Source of the DNA: Escherichia coli
Lineage (GTDB): Bacteria > Pseudomonadota > Gammaproteobacteria > Enterobacterales > Enterobacteriaceae
Strand: one strand, 5' to 3'
DNA length: 60,030 bases
NCBI RefSeq assembly: GCF_003334785.1
Contig: NZ_QOWV01000021.1
Positions 1 to 13,200 of the stretch are shown here, piece by piece. Numbering within the stretch: the stretch's first letter is position 1; the number at the start of each line of letters is the position of its first letter. A program made the translations under genes and the position numbers. Below the pieces are notes generated by a model. It saw only the letters and a program-made list of their open reading frames with translations, was not told the origin of the DNA and searched no databases.

Positions 1-96
1 TTATCGTGAGAGTAATTCATCGGCACGTTAAATCATATCAGGCGTAATACCACAACCCTTAAGTTAGCGCTTATGGGATTACTCCCCGCACAACGG

Positions 97-249
97 CTAC
101 TTCTTCGGTTCGTAAGCGAGAACAGCCTTAAACTCAATATTACGTTCCTTCACCGTAAACTCACACAGCGAGTCTCCGACCAGAAGCGTAAATCCCAGCA
201 CCGTTAAACACAGCACTATGACTGCCGCAAGGGCATATTTCGTCAGCAT
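97..249 (-). CDS. hokE: Hok-family type I toxin (50 aa small membrane peptide)
   Basis: C-terminal 50 codons of track ORF 97..348 translate to [50 protein letters not shown], a typical Hok/Gef peptide with one TM helix and conserved Cys; ATG confirmed at 247-249 (complement). Confidence 0.8.
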   Translation of the reverse strand: MLTKYALAAVIVLCLTVLGFTLLVGDSLCEFTVKERNIEFKAVLAYEPKK

Positions 250-692
250 GTTTATATTGCCTCCATGCGAAGAAGGGACTACCATCCAAATTGTTCGGGT
301 TTGGAGTGGCAGCCCCAGGGTTGATAGAAATATCTCCTGGGGCTTCATCTTTCCAGACCTCAGAGTAAACCTGAAACCGGAAAGCTTCAGGCACCCGCCG
401 TTATCTTACCCTTCCTCAACAAAATAGCTGTTTATTTATACAGTGAGTCCTGTTTCGGACTTCTCACTCCTCATTTAATCAACTGAAGCTGAACCCGTTT
501 TTTTCTGCATGACTCAATCGTCAAAATTCTTCGCCACCAGTCAGCACTGCCATAACTTGTCACATTGCAAAAGTAGCCAAATTGCTTCAGGCACCATCAG
601 TTCACCATCACCAAAAAAAAGAAACATTCCAGAACTTCCGCATCTCGCCCAGCCGCTCCGACTTCTATACTGAATAGAAAACGCCAACATAA

Positions 693-1820
<1,128 letters not shown>

Positions 1821-1885
1821 GCCGGGAATTGCCTTACAGAAGAATATCCCTGACAATGGTGTTTTAACTTACATTTAACAATGTT

Positions 1886-2134
1886 ATGAAACACCCTTTA
1901 GAAACCTTGACCACCGCAGCAGGCATTTTGCTGATGGCTTTCCTCTCTTGCCTGCTGCTGCCCGCCCCCGCACTGGGGCTGGCGCTGGCACAAAAACTGG
2001 TGACCATGTTCCATCTGATGGATCTTAGTCAGCTTTACACTTTATTGTTTTGTCTGTGGTTTTTAGTGCTGGGCGCTATTGAGTATTTTGTTCTGCGCTT
2101 TATCTGGCGACGCTGGTTCTCGCTGGCGGATTAA
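1886..2134 (+). CDS. ybdJ: small inner-membrane protein (DUF1158-like), two predicted TM helices
   Basis: 82 aa hydrophobic ORF; position between ybdK and ybdF as in K-12. Confidence 0.75.
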
Positions 2135-2198
2135 ACGTCGATTATCGCCGTACTTCGCGGCATACTTTGCTTATTCTCCTTCGCCTAAAGGAACGTTT

Positions 2199-2567
2199 AT
2201 GGATAAGCAATCACTGCACGAAACGGCGAAACGCCTGGCCCTTGAGTTACCCTTTGTCGAGCTTTGCTGGCCTTTTGGCCCGGAGTTCGATGTTTTTAAA
2301 ATTGGCGGCAAGATTTTTATGCTGTCGTCGGAGCTACGCGGCGTCCCCTTTATCAATCTGAAGTCCGATCCACAAAAATCCCTGTTAAATCAGCAAATAT
2401 ACCCAAGCATTAAGCCAGGGTATCACATGAATAAAAAGCACTGGATTTCAGTGTATCCCGGCGAAGAAATCTCCGAAGCGTTACTTCGCGATCTGATCAA
2501 CGATTCGTGGAATCTGGTGGTTGATGGTCTGGCTAAACGCGATCAAAAAAGAGTGCGTCCAGGCTAA
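2199..2567 (+). CDS. ybdF: uncharacterised conserved protein YbdF
   Basis: Track ORF 2079..2567 trimmed to internal ATG at 2199 ([21 protein letters not shown]...), giving 122 aa as in K-12 YbdF. Confidence 0.8.
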
Positions 2568-2660
2568 AGCGGAAATCTATAGCGCATTTTTCTCGCTTAC
2601 CATTTCTCGTTGAACCTTGTAATCTGCTGGCACGCAAAATTACTTTCACATGGAGTCTTT

Positions 2661-3314
2661 ATGGATATCATTTCTGTCGCCTTAAAGCGTCATTCCACTA
2701 AGGCATTTGATGCCAGCAAAAAACTTACCCCGGAACAGGCCGAGCAGATCAAAACGCTACTGCAATACAGCCCATCCAGCACCAACTCCCAGCCGTGGCA
2801 TTTTATTGTTGCCAGCACGGAAGAAGGTAAAGCGCGTGTTGCCAAATCCGCTGCCGGTAATTACGTGTTCAACGAGCGTAAAATGCTTGATGCCTCGCAC
2901 GTCGTGGTGTTCTGTGCAAAAACCGCGATGGACGATGTCTGGCTGAAGCTGGTTGTTGACCAGGAAGATGCCGATGGCCGCTTTGCCACGCCGGAAGCGA
3001 AAGCCGCGAACGATAAAGGTCGCAAGTTCTTCGCTGATATGCACCGTAAAGATCTGCATGATGATGCAGAGTGGATGGCAAAACAGGTTTATCTCAACGT
3101 CGGTAACTTCCTGCTCGGCGTGGCGGCTCTGGGTCTGGACGCGGTACCCATCGAAGGTTTTGACGCCGCCATCCTCGATGCAGAATTTGGTCTGAAAGAG
3201 AAAGGCTACACCAGTCTGGTGGTTGTTCCGGTAGGTCATCACAGCGTTGAAGATTTTAACGCTACGCTGCCGAAATCTCGTCTGCCGCAAAACATCACCT
3301 TAACCGAAGTGTAA
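2661..3314 (+). CDS. nfsB: oxygen-insensitive NAD(P)H nitroreductase
   Basis: Track ORF 2610..3314 trimmed to ATG at 2661 ([31 protein letters not shown]...), 217 aa; GGAG Shine-Dalgarno 8 nt upstream. Confidence 0.9.
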
Positions 3315-3318
3315 TTCT

Positions 3319-3345
3319 CTCTTGCCGGGCATCTGCCCGGCTATT
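3319..3345 (+). terminator. hairpin (gccgggcatctgcccggc) with T-rich tail downstream of nfsB
   Basis: Inverted repeat GCCGGGCA/TGCCCGGC read directly from the sequence, followed by a T-rich stretch. Confidence 0.6.
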
Positions 3346-3373
3346 TCCTCTCAGATTCTCCTGATTTGCATAA

Positions 3374-4669
<1,296 letters not shown>

Positions 4670-4671
4670 TT

Positions 4672-4710
4672 AAAAAAACCGCTCTCATCGAATGGATGAG
4701 AGCGGTTTCG
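4672..4710. terminator. bidirectional rho-independent terminator between convergent ybdG and pheP
   Basis: A-run + hairpin accgctctcatcgaatggatgagagcggt + T-run; reads as a terminator on both strands. Confidence 0.75.
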
Positions 4711-4749
4711 GATGGTTGACATCGTTTTGTCGGATGTAGCGTGAATGCC

Positions 4750-6126
4750 TTATTTCCGACGCAGCGTTTTAAATGCCATAAACAGGAATACAATCCACAC
4801 CGGCAGCAGGATCGCTGACAAGCGCATATCATCCATCGTGCACATCAGCAGCAAAATCATGCCGAGGAAGGCAATGCAGAGATAGTTGCCGAACGGATAG
4901 AGCAGCGCCTTAAACTGTGTTTCACGCCCCTGACGTCGCATCGCTGCACGAAAACGCAGATGCGCCAGACAGATCATAATCCAGTTCAACAGCAGCGTTG
5001 CTACCACCAGCGCCATCAGCAGACCAAACGCTTTTTGCGGCAGCAGATAGTTGATTAACACCACCAGCGAAGTGATCGCTCCGGAAAGCATCAGCGAGTT
5101 AATCGGCACACCGCGACGGCTGACGCGAGTCAAAAACTTCGGCGCATTACCCTGCACAGAAAGGCCAAACAGCATGCGGCTGTTAGAGTAAACCCCGCTG
5201 TTATACACTGACAGCGATGCTACCAGAATGACGAAGTTCAGCGCAGAAGCTACCACGTTGCTGTCGAGATTATGGAAAATCATCACAAACGGGCTACTGT
5301 TGGATTTCACTTCCACCCACGGATAGAGCGCCAGTAAAACCACCAGTGAACCGATGTAAAACAGCAGGATGCGATACACCACCTGATTTACCGCTTTTGG
5401 AATGCTTTTTTCCGGATCGCGCGCTTCAGCGGCAGTAATCCCAATCAGCTCCAGACCGCCGAAGGAGAACATAATTACCGCCAGCGACAAAATCAGCCCA
5501 TTCCAGCCGGTGGCGAAGAAACCACCGTAGCGCCAGAGGTTGTCGATACTGGCTTTCTCGCCGCCGTGACCAGAAAACAGCAGCCACAGGCCAAAGCCGA
5601 TCATACCGATGATTGCCAGCACTTTAATCAACGCAAACCAGAACTCGGTTTCGCCATATAAGCGCACGTTCACCAGGTTAACGGCGTTGATGATAATAAA
5701 GAAGGCGGCAGCCCAAATCCACGTTGGAACATCCGGGAACCAGTACTGCATATAGATGCCCGCAGCGGTCAGCTCTGCCATTCCCACCAGCACGAACATT
5801 ACCCAGTAGTTCCAGCCAGAGAGGAAGCCCGCAAACGGTCCCCAGTATTTATAGGCAAAGTGGGCAAATGAACCGGATACCGGCTCTTCGACCACCATCT
5901 CGCCAAGCTGGCGCATAATCAGGAAAGCGATGATCCCGGCGACGCCGTAGCCCAGCAATACAGCCGGACCCGCCATCTGAATCGCCGGACCAATGCCAAG
6001 AAACAGACCAGTACCAATTGCGCCACCCAGCGCAATCAGTTGAATATGACGGTTATGTAATCCGCGATGAAGCGTCGGCTCTTGATTCGACGCAGTATCT
6101 TCCGATACGGTTGACGCGTTTTTCAC
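4750..6126 (-). CDS. pheP: phenylalanine-specific APC-family permease
   Basis: 12 TM amino-acid permease; track ORF (470 aa) trimmed to GTG at 6126 giving MKNASTVSEDTASNQEPTLHRGLHNRHIQLIALGG... (458 aa). Confidence 0.88.
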   Translation of the reverse strand: MKNASTVSEDTASNQEPTLHRGLHNRHIQLIALGGAIGTGLFLGIGPAIQMAGPAVLLGYGVAGIIAFLIMRQLGEMVVEEPVSGSFAHFAYKYWGPFAGFLSGWNYWVMFVLVGMAELTAAGIYMQYWFPDVPTWIWAAAFFIIINAVNLVNVRLYGETEFWFALIKVLAIIGMIGFGLWLLFSGHGGEKASIDNLWRYGGFFATGWNGLILSLAVIMFSFGGLELIGITAAEARDPEKSIPKAVNQVVYRILLFYIGSLVVLLALYPWVEVKSNSSPFVMIFHNLDSNVVASALNFVILVASLSVYNSGVYSNSRMLFGLSVQGNAPKFLTRVSRRGVPINSLMLSGAITSLVVLINYLLPQKAFGLLMALVVATLLLNWIMICLAHLRFRAAMRRQGRETQFKALLYPFGNYLCIAFLGMILLLMCTMDDMRLSAILLPVWIVFLFMAFKTLRRK

Positions 6127-6227
6127 GCCTTTCCCCTGTGTGTCTTTTTTGTTGAGGGGCACCTTTTAACATTTAGTGCCCATCGTCGCAAGACACAATC
6201 CACACGGTTAAACGGGGTATCCTGCTT

Positions 6228-9200
6228 TTATTTCCGTACCCGATGTCGGTGCAGCCACATCAGCTTATACGCCGCCGGGATAATAAACAGCGACAGCAAA
6301 GGTGCGGTGATCATGCCGCCAATCATCGGTGCGGCAATCCGGCTCATCACCTCTGAACCAGCCCCCGTTCCCCACAGAATCGGCAGCAGACCGGCGATAA
6401 TCACCGCCACCGTCATCGCTTTCGGGCGCACGCGCAGTACCGCGCCGTGATACAACGCCTCATCCAGCTTCTGCTCACTGAATGTTTGCGGATTATTCAA
6501 CGACGGCTCGGCCTCTATGGCGTGACGTAAATACATCAGCATCACCACGCCAAATTCGGCGGCGACCCCGGCGAGGGCGATAAAGCCAGTGCCCGTCGCC
6601 ACGGAAAGATGAAAGCCCATCCACCACAGCAACCAGATGCCGCCCACCAGCGCAAACGGTACGCTGCTGATAATCAGCAACGCTTCGCCCACCCGACGGA
6701 ACGCCAGATACAACAGCACGAAGATGATCATCAGCGTCATCGGCACCATGAGTTTCAGCTTATGGTTGGCGCGCTCCAGCAACTCGAACTGCCCGGAAAA
6801 CGCCACGCTGGTGCCTGGTTTTAACTGCACTTTTTCAGCTATCGCTTTTTGCAAATCGTGAACCACCGACACCATGTCACGATCGCGGGCATCGATATAA
6901 ATCCAGCTCGTCGGGCGCGCATTCTCGGTTTTCAGCATCGACGGTCCGGTAGAGACTTTAACGTCGGCCACGTCTGCCAGGGTGATTTGCTGCTTCATCG
7001 GCGTCAGGATCGGCAACTGGCGCAGTGCCTGCGGACTATCGCGCCAGCTTTGCGGATAACGCAGATTAATTGGATAACGGGCAATCCCTTCCACCGTTTC
7101 GCCAACCATCGCCCCGCCCACCGCAGAAGTCACAAACAACTGCACATCCGCCACCGTCATACCGTAACGTGCGGCTTTTTCACGGTTAATCTCAACGTTG
7201 ATATAGCGCCCACCTTCCAGCCGCTCGGCAAGCGCAGAAGCTACGCCTGGCACCGTTCGTGCCACTTCTTCAATTTGCTCCGCCATCGCGTCGATATCCG
7301 CCAGCACAGTGCCGGAAACTTTAATGCCGATGGGGCTTTTAATGCCGGTTGAGAGCATATCGATACGGTTACGAATTGGCGGCACCCACAGATTCGCCAG
7401 CCCCGGCAGACGCACGGTGTTATCCAGTTCCTCAATGATTTTGTCCATCGTCATGCCTGGCCGCCACTGCTCCTGCGGCTTAAGCTGGATGGTCGTTTCT
7501 ACCATCTCCAGCGGAGCAGAATCGGTGGCGGTTTCCGCTTTCCCGGTTTTGCCAAATACCCGCGCCACTTCAGGTACGCTCATAATTAGCTTGTCGGTTT
7601 TTTGCAGCATACTCGCCGCCTCTGCTGCGGAAATCCCCGGCAGCGTCGATGGCATATACAACAAGTCGCCTTCATTGATCTGCGGTAAAAATTCCCCGCC
7701 AACTTTATTGAGCGGCCAGAGAACCGTCAGCACCGAAAGCGCTGCCACCAACAGCGTGGTTTTCGGCCAGTGCAGTACTTTCAGCAATAGAGGATGATAA
7801 ACACGAATCAAAAAGCGATTGAGCGGGTTACTGCTTTCCGGCGGAATTTTGCCACGGATCCAGTAGCCCATCAGGATCGGGATCACTACGATCGCCAGCA
7901 GCGCCGCGCCCGCCATCGCATAGGTTTTAGTGAACGCCAGCGGGCCAAACAGACGCCCTTCCTGCCCTTCCAGGGTGAAGATCGGGATAAACGACAACGT
8001 GATAATCAGCAGACTGATAAACAACGCCGGACCCACTTCAACAGACGCATCGGTGATCACCTGCCAGCGCGTTTTATTATCCAGCGTGGCGTCAGGATGC
8101 TGGTGCTGCCACTCTTCCAGCCGTTTATGCGCATTCTCGATCATGACGATAGCAGCATCGACCATCGCCCCGACGGCAATCGCAATGCCACCCAACGACA
8201 TAATATTGGCATTCAGTCCCTGGAAGTGCATGACAATAAAAGCAATACACAACCCCAGCGGCAACGAAATAATCGCCACCAGCGCCGAGCGCACATGCCA
8301 GAGAAACAGCGCACAGACTACCGCCACCACAATAAACTCTTCCAGCAACTTGCCGCTGAGGTTGTCGATGGCGCGGTCAATGAGCTGGCTGCGATCGTAT
8401 GTTGTAACTATCTCCACGCCTTCCGGCAGACTACTTTTCAGCGTTTCCAGTTTGTCCTTCACGGCGGCGATCACTTCACGGGCGTTTTTGCCGGAGCGCA
8501 GGATCACCACCCCGCCTGCCACTTCGCCTTCGCCGTTCAGTTCGGCAATGCCCCGGCGCATTTCCGGTCCAATCTGGACCTTCGCAACATCACGCAGATA
8601 AACAGGCACGCCATTTTCACTGGCTTTTAAAACGATGTGATTAAAGTCGTCGAGCGTTTGCAGATAGCCGCTGGCGCGCACCATATATTCCGCTTCCGCC
8701 AGTTCGATCGACGAACCGCCCGCTTCCTGGTTTGAAGCATCCAGCGCGCTTTTTACTTCGGCTAGACTGATGCCATACTGTGCCAGGCGCTGAGGATCGA
8801 TAACCACCTGATACTCTTTCACCACACCGCCCACCGACGATACTTCCGCAACGTCAGGGATGGTTTTTAGCTCATATTTGAGAAACCAGTCCTGCAATGA
8901 GCGTAAATCGGCCAGATCGTGCTTACCGCTGCGATCCACCAGTGCATATTCATAGATCCAGCCAACACCCGTGGCATCTGGCCCCAGCTCGGCGCTGACT
9001 CCCGCAGGCAGCTTACCCTGTACCTGGTTGAGGTATTCCAGCACCCGCGAACGCGCCCAGTACGGATCGGTACCATCTTCGAAAATGACATACACATAAG
9101 AGTCGCCAAACTGCGAGAAACCACGCACAGTCTTCGCGCCAGGCACCGACAACATGGTGGTGGTTAGCGGATAAGTCACCTGATTTTCAACGATTTGCGG

Positions 9201-9371
9201 TGCCTGGCCGGGATAGCTGGTTTTAATAATCACCTGCACATCGGAGAGATCCGGCAGCGCATCCACTGGCGTGTTAATGATGGTCCAGGTGCCCCAGATA
9301 CTCAGAAATAACGCGCCCATCAGCACCAGAAAACGGTTCGCCACCGAGCGACGAATAATCCATTCAATCAT
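6228..9371 (-). CDS. cusA: RND heavy-metal efflux pump, Cu(I)/Ag(I) (inner-membrane component)
   Basis: 1047 aa RND transporter ([27 protein letters not shown]...); sits in the cusCFBA arrangement. Confidence 0.95.
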   Translation of the reverse strand: MIEWIIRRSVANRFLVLMGALFLSIWGTWTIINTPVDALPDLSDVQVIIKTSYPGQAPQIVENQVTYPLTTTMLSVPGAKTVRGFSQFGDSYVYVIFEDGTDPYWARSRVLEYLNQVQGKLPAGVSAELGPDATGVGWIYEYALVDRSGKHDLADLRSLQDWFLKYELKTIPDVAEVSSVGGVVKEYQVVIDPQRLAQYGISLAEVKSALDASNQEAGGSSIELAEAEYMVRASGYLQTLDDFNHIVLKASENGVPVYLRDVAKVQIGPEMRRGIAELNGEGEVAGGVVILRSGKNAREVIAAVKDKLETLKSSLPEGVEIVTTYDRSQLIDRAIDNLSGKLLEEFIVVAVVCALFLWHVRSALVAIISLPLGLCIAFIVMHFQGLNANIMSLGGIAIAVGAMVDAAIVMIENAHKRLEEWQHQHPDATLDNKTRWQVITDASVEVGPALFISLLIITLSFIPIFTLEGQEGRLFGPLAFTKTYAMAGAALLAIVVIPILMGYWIRGKIPPESSNPLNRFLIRVYHPLLLKVLHWPKTTLLVAALSVLTVLWPLNKVGGEFLPQINEGDLLYMPSTLPGISAAEAASMLQKTDKLIMSVPEVARVFGKTGKAETATDSAPLEMVETTIQLKPQEQWRPGMTMDKIIEELDNTVRLPGLANLWVPPIRNRIDMLSTGIKSPIGIKVSGTVLADIDAMAEQIEEVARTVPGVASALAERLEGGRYINVEINREKAARYGMTVADVQLFVTSAVGGAMVGETVEGIARYPINLRYPQSWRDSPQALRQLPILTPMKQQITLADVADVKVSTGPSMLKTENARPTSWIYIDARDRDMVSVVHDLQKAIAEKVQLKPGTSVAFSGQFELLERANHKLKLMVPMTLMIIFVLLYLAFRRVGEALLIISSVPFALVGGIWLLWWMGFHLSVATGTGFIALAGVAAEFGVVMLMYLRHAIEAEPSLNNPQTFSEQKLDEALYHGAVLRVRPKAMTVAVIIAGLLPILWGTGAGSEVMSRIAAPMIGGMITAPLLSLFIIPAAYKLMWLHRHRVRK

Positions 9372-9382
9372 TGGTTATTCCC

Positions 9383-10606
9383 TCAATGCGCATGGGTAGC
9401 ACTTTCAGAGCGCATCCGCTCCAGTGCGCCAGAAATATTGGCTTCGGAATCAATCAGGAACAGGCCGCTGGAAACCACCTTTTCACCTTCCGCCAGACCA
9501 GAGCGTAATGCGGTGACACCTTGCGATGCCTGGAAAACGGCAACGCGTTTCGGTACAAAGCGCCCGTCAGCATCAACGGTAATCACCCGCTGTTCGTTGC
9601 CGGTATCAATCAGCGCCTGTGACGGAATGAGCAGCATCGGTTCGCTGGCGGTATTGAGTTGCAACCAGGCGTTCATGCCTGGTTTTAGCGCCTCGTCGGC
9701 GTTGTCGACTTCCAGACGCAGTTGTAGCGTGCGGGTCGCGGCATCCACGCCGGGTAGCAGGGTCCATTTGCGGATGGTGAGTGTTTTATCAGGTCGCGCC
9801 GGAACGGTGAGCGTAAACTGCGAGGCATCTTTCACCAGCCAGGCGATGGACTCCGGGATCGCAGCAGTGACCCACACCGGGTCCATACCCTGAATTTTCG
9901 CGACCACGTTATCTTTGGCGATATTCATTCCCGCGCGCAGATCAAACGCGGTGATCACGCCATCAATGGGCGCTTTGAGCGTAAAGCGAGTCTGGATTTT
10001 TTGCGTGGCGATCAGGCGGCGAATATCCGCCTCCGGCATTCCCGCCAGTCGCAGCCGCTCAAGAATGCCTTCAGTCTGGGTCGCCGTACCGCCGGTTTCG
10101 CGCAGCAGTAAATACTCACTCTGCGCTTCCACCCAGTCGGGAATGGTCAGGTCGAGAAGCGGTGTGCCCTTTTGCACTTTATCGCCCACGGTAAGCGGAT
10201 ACACCTTGTCGATAAACCCGGCAGCGCGAGCCTGCACAATGGCATACTGATACTCGTTGTAACTGACATTCGCCGGGAAACTCTGGGCAAAAGTCAGCGG
10301 CCCGCGCGTGACGGTAGCCGTTTTCACCCCCAGATTCTGCGTCTGAGTCGGGTCAATGCGCACACCAGACGCAGAACTCTCTTCATCGGCATATTTCGGC
10401 ACCAGATCCATATCCATAAACGGCGATTTACCTGGTTTATCGAACCGCGTATTGGGATACATCGGGTCGTACCAGAATAAGACTTTACGTTCTGCGGTCG
10501 ACGTTTTTTCTGCGGGCGGTTCAGCCTTTGCAAACCAGTTAAAACCTGCCGCAGAAATAATACCGCCCGCGATCATGCTGCCGATAATAAGCGCGATTTT
10601 TTTCAT
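9383..10606 (-). CDS. cusB: periplasmic adaptor (membrane fusion protein) of Cus efflux system
   Basis: 407 aa, N-terminal signal/anchor, MFP-like; immediately upstream of cusA. Confidence 0.93.
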   Translation of the reverse strand: MKKIALIIGSMIAGGIISAAGFNWFAKAEPPAEKTSTAERKVLFWYDPMYPNTRFDKPGKSPFMDMDLVPKYADEESSASGVRIDPTQTQNLGVKTATVTRGPLTFAQSFPANVSYNEYQYAIVQARAAGFIDKVYPLTVGDKVQKGTPLLDLTIPDWVEAQSEYLLLRETGGTATQTEGILERLRLAGMPEADIRRLIATQKIQTRFTLKAPIDGVITAFDLRAGMNIAKDNVVAKIQGMDPVWVTAAIPESIAWLVKDASQFTLTVPARPDKTLTIRKWTLLPGVDAATRTLQLRLEVDNADEALKPGMNAWLQLNTASEPMLLIPSQALIDTGNEQRVITVDADGRFVPKRVAVFQASQGVTALRSGLAEGEKVVSSGLFLIDSEANISGALERMRSESATHAH

Positions 10607-10621
10607 ATCATTAAACCTGGG

Positions 10622-10954
10622 TTACTGGCTGACTTTAATATCCTGTAATAAAGAAAGGTTGCCCTGCTGGACAAAATTAAACGCCACTTTGTCGCCGGTT
10701 TTAATTTCACTCATTTTCGTCTGCGGGGTGATGGTAAAGCGCATGGTCATCTCCGGCCAGTTCACGGCAGCAATCGGATCGTGATGGATGGTGATTTTTT
10801 TGCTTTCCAGATCAACACCTTTTACCACGCCAGTGGCGCTAATAACCTGCGGTTGTACTTCGCTCATGGTTTCATGATGATGTTCGTTAGCCTGGGCATT
10901 AAAGCCAATAACGGTAAACAGACTGAACATTGCGACTTGCAGTGCTTTTTTCAT
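10622..10954 (-). CDS. cusF: periplasmic Cu(I)/Ag(I) metallochaperone
   Basis: 110 aa with signal peptide and His/Met-rich segment (NEHHHETMSEVQ), small beta-barrel type. Confidence 0.92.
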   Translation of the reverse strand: MKKALQVAMFSLFTVIGFNAQANEHHHETMSEVQPQVISATGVVKGVDLESKKITIHHDPIAAVNWPEMTMRFTITPQTKMSEIKTGDKVAFNFVQQGNLSLLQDIKVSQ

Positions 10955-10980
10955 TTATTCTCTCCTGGAGTTAAAAATTA

Positions 10981-12360
10981 CTACTGCCAACCGCCACCAA
11001 GTGCGGTATATAAAGAAATTTCGTTGACCTGACGGGCATAATTCAGGTCAAGTAAGGTTTGTCGGGTTGCAAATAAAGAACGCTCGGCATCCAGCACTTC
11101 CAGATAACTTACCGCGCCGTGCTGATATAATGCCCGCGCCCGTTGCAAAGTAATTTGCAGCGACGCCAGATAACGCTGCTGGGCGCTGATTTGATCGTTC
11201 AGGCTTTGACGTAATGCCAGCGCATCTGCCACTTCTTTAAAGGCGTTCTGGATTTTCTGTTCATAATTCACTACCGACTGCTGCTGGCGAATTTCGGCGA
11301 TATCCAGATTGGCCTGGTTGCGTCCGGCATTAAAAATGGGGATCTCAATTTTGGGTATAAAATTCCACATCCCGCTGCTGGCGTTAAATAATGACGACAG
11401 ATCGCTGCTGGCGGTCGATATTCCGCTGGTCAGGCTGATAGACGGGAAAAATGCCGCACGCGCAGCACCAATATTGGCATTAGCCGCCATTAACGCGTGT
11501 TCAGCTTCCATAATATCCGGGCGCTGCAATAAGATTTGCGACGACAAGCCCGCCGGTAATTTAACGCTTTGCAGACTGTCGCTGTTTACTGTCTGCGCTT
11601 GCGGCAGCTTGCCGTAGCTTCCCAATAACAGTTGCAATGCATTATTCGCCTGCGCCAGTTCCCCCTGACGTTTAGCGATGTCACTGCGGGTACTTTCTAT
11701 CACCCCGCGAGCCTGTTCCAGCGCCAGAACATTGCTGCTACCGGTCAACAGTTGTTTTTCGACAAACGCATATGACTGCTGATAATTACGCAGCGTTTCT
11801 TCGGCTATTTGCAATTGCGCATACGCCAGTTGCTGATTGAAATAGCTTTGCGCGACATTAGAAACCAGCAGAATATGCACCGCGCGCTGAGCTTCCTCAG
11901 TGGCTAAATAATTTTGTCGCTCGGCTTCGCTCATGTTCTTTAAGCGACCGAAAAAATCGAGGTCAAGGCTGGCGTTAAGGCCGGTCGAAAACTCCCGTGT
12001 CGTGGCGGTATTCCCTTTAAGATTACCGCTCCAGCTGCCGCTGCCCTCGCCATTGAGCTGTGGGTAGCGGTCGGCATCAGTCAGACGATATTGCGCCCGT
12101 GCCTCCTGCACTTTCAGCGTCGCCATGCGCAAATCCCGGTTATTCACCAGCGCCTCGCTAATCAGCGTCTTCACCTGATTATCAACAAAAAAGGTGCGCC
12201 AGCCCGCGTTCTGATAGTTATCTGCTGCGTTAACGAGGCCGTTCTGGCTGAGTGAGAACTGCTGCGGTACGGGCATTGCCGGGCGCTGATAATCCGGTGC
12301 CAGTGAACAACCGGTTAGCGCAAGGGCCACACAAAATGGCAGAAGTTTACAAGGAGACAT
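10981..12360 (-). CDS. cusC: outer-membrane factor lipoprotein of Cus efflux system
   Basis: 459 aa; lipobox LTGC near N-terminus; TolC-like OMF. Confidence 0.93.
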   Translation of the reverse strand: MSPCKLLPFCVALALTGCSLAPDYQRPAMPVPQQFSLSQNGLVNAADNYQNAGWRTFFVDNQVKTLISEALVNNRDLRMATLKVQEARAQYRLTDADRYPQLNGEGSGSWSGNLKGNTATTREFSTGLNASLDLDFFGRLKNMSEAERQNYLATEEAQRAVHILLVSNVAQSYFNQQLAYAQLQIAEETLRNYQQSYAFVEKQLLTGSSNVLALEQARGVIESTRSDIAKRQGELAQANNALQLLLGSYGKLPQAQTVNSDSLQSVKLPAGLSSQILLQRPDIMEAEHALMAANANIGAARAAFFPSISLTSGISTASSDLSSLFNASSGMWNFIPKIEIPIFNAGRNQANLDIAEIRQQQSVVNYEQKIQNAFKEVADALALRQSLNDQISAQQRYLASLQITLQRARALYQHGAVSYLEVLDAERSLFATRQTLLDLNYARQVNEISLYTALGGGWQ

Positions 12361-12429
12361 AGGCTCATAATTTCTGGTGATTTTATGCCGCCAACTTTAC
12401 TCGCCAGCCTCTGATTTTCCGGTGACAGG

Positions 12430-12451
12430 AAAATGACAAAATTGTCATTTT
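12430..12451. promoter_or_regulatory. CusR box: perfect palindrome AAAATGACAA-AA-TTGTCATTTT in the cusC/cusR divergent intergenic region
   Basis: Inverted repeat read directly from sequence; matches the known CusR operator between cusC and cusR. Confidence 0.85.
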
Positions 12452-12516
12452 GCCAATAAGCGATTGCCATCTGATCCCGCTACTCTAGAATTGCCCGGGC
12501 AACATGTGGAGGAAAT

Positions 12517-13200
12517 ATGAAACTGCTGATTGTCGAAGATGAAAAGAAAACCGGAGAATACTTGACCAAAGGGTTAACCGAAGCCGGTTTTGTGGTCGAT
12601 TTGGCCGACAACGGGCTGAATGGCTACCATCTGGCGATGACCGGAGATTATGACCTGATAATCCTCGATATTATGCTGCCGGACGTGAACGGCTGGGATA
12701 TCGTGCGCATGTTGCGCTCCGCCAATAAAGGGATGCCGATTCTGTTGCTTACCGCGCTTGGCACCATTGAACATCGCGTCAAGGGGCTGGAGTTGGGGGC
12801 CGATGACTATCTGGTGAAGCCGTTCGCTTTTGCTGAACTGCTGGCGCGGGTGCGCACTCTCCTGCGGCGCGGGGCGGCGGTGATTATCGAAAGTCAGTTT
12901 CAGGTTGCCGATCTGATGGTCGATCTCGTCAGCCGCAAAGTCACCCGCAGCGGCACGCGCATCACTCTGACCAGTAAAGAATTTACTCTGCTGGAGTTTT
13001 TCCTTCGCCATCAGGGCGAAGTGCTGCCCCGCTCGCTTATCGCCTCGCAGGTATGGGACATGAATTTCGACAGCGACACTAACGCCATTGATGTGGCGGT
13101 GAAGCGGCTACGCGGCAAAATCGACAACGACTTTGAGCCGAAGCTGATTCAAACCGTGCGCGGCGTGGGTTACATGCTTGAGGTGCCGGATGGTCAGTAA
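12517..13200 (+). CDS. cusR: OmpR-family response regulator for copper/silver
   Basis: 227 aa; receiver domain ([11 protein letters not shown]...) plus winged-helix output. Confidence 0.93.

Noticed and set aside
7794-8630. Long ORFs (278 aa and 223 aa) on the plus strand inside cusA
   Set aside because: Entirely antisense to the 1047 aa cusA coding region; Arg/Gln/His-rich low-complexity translation typical of shadow frames; no independent start signals.
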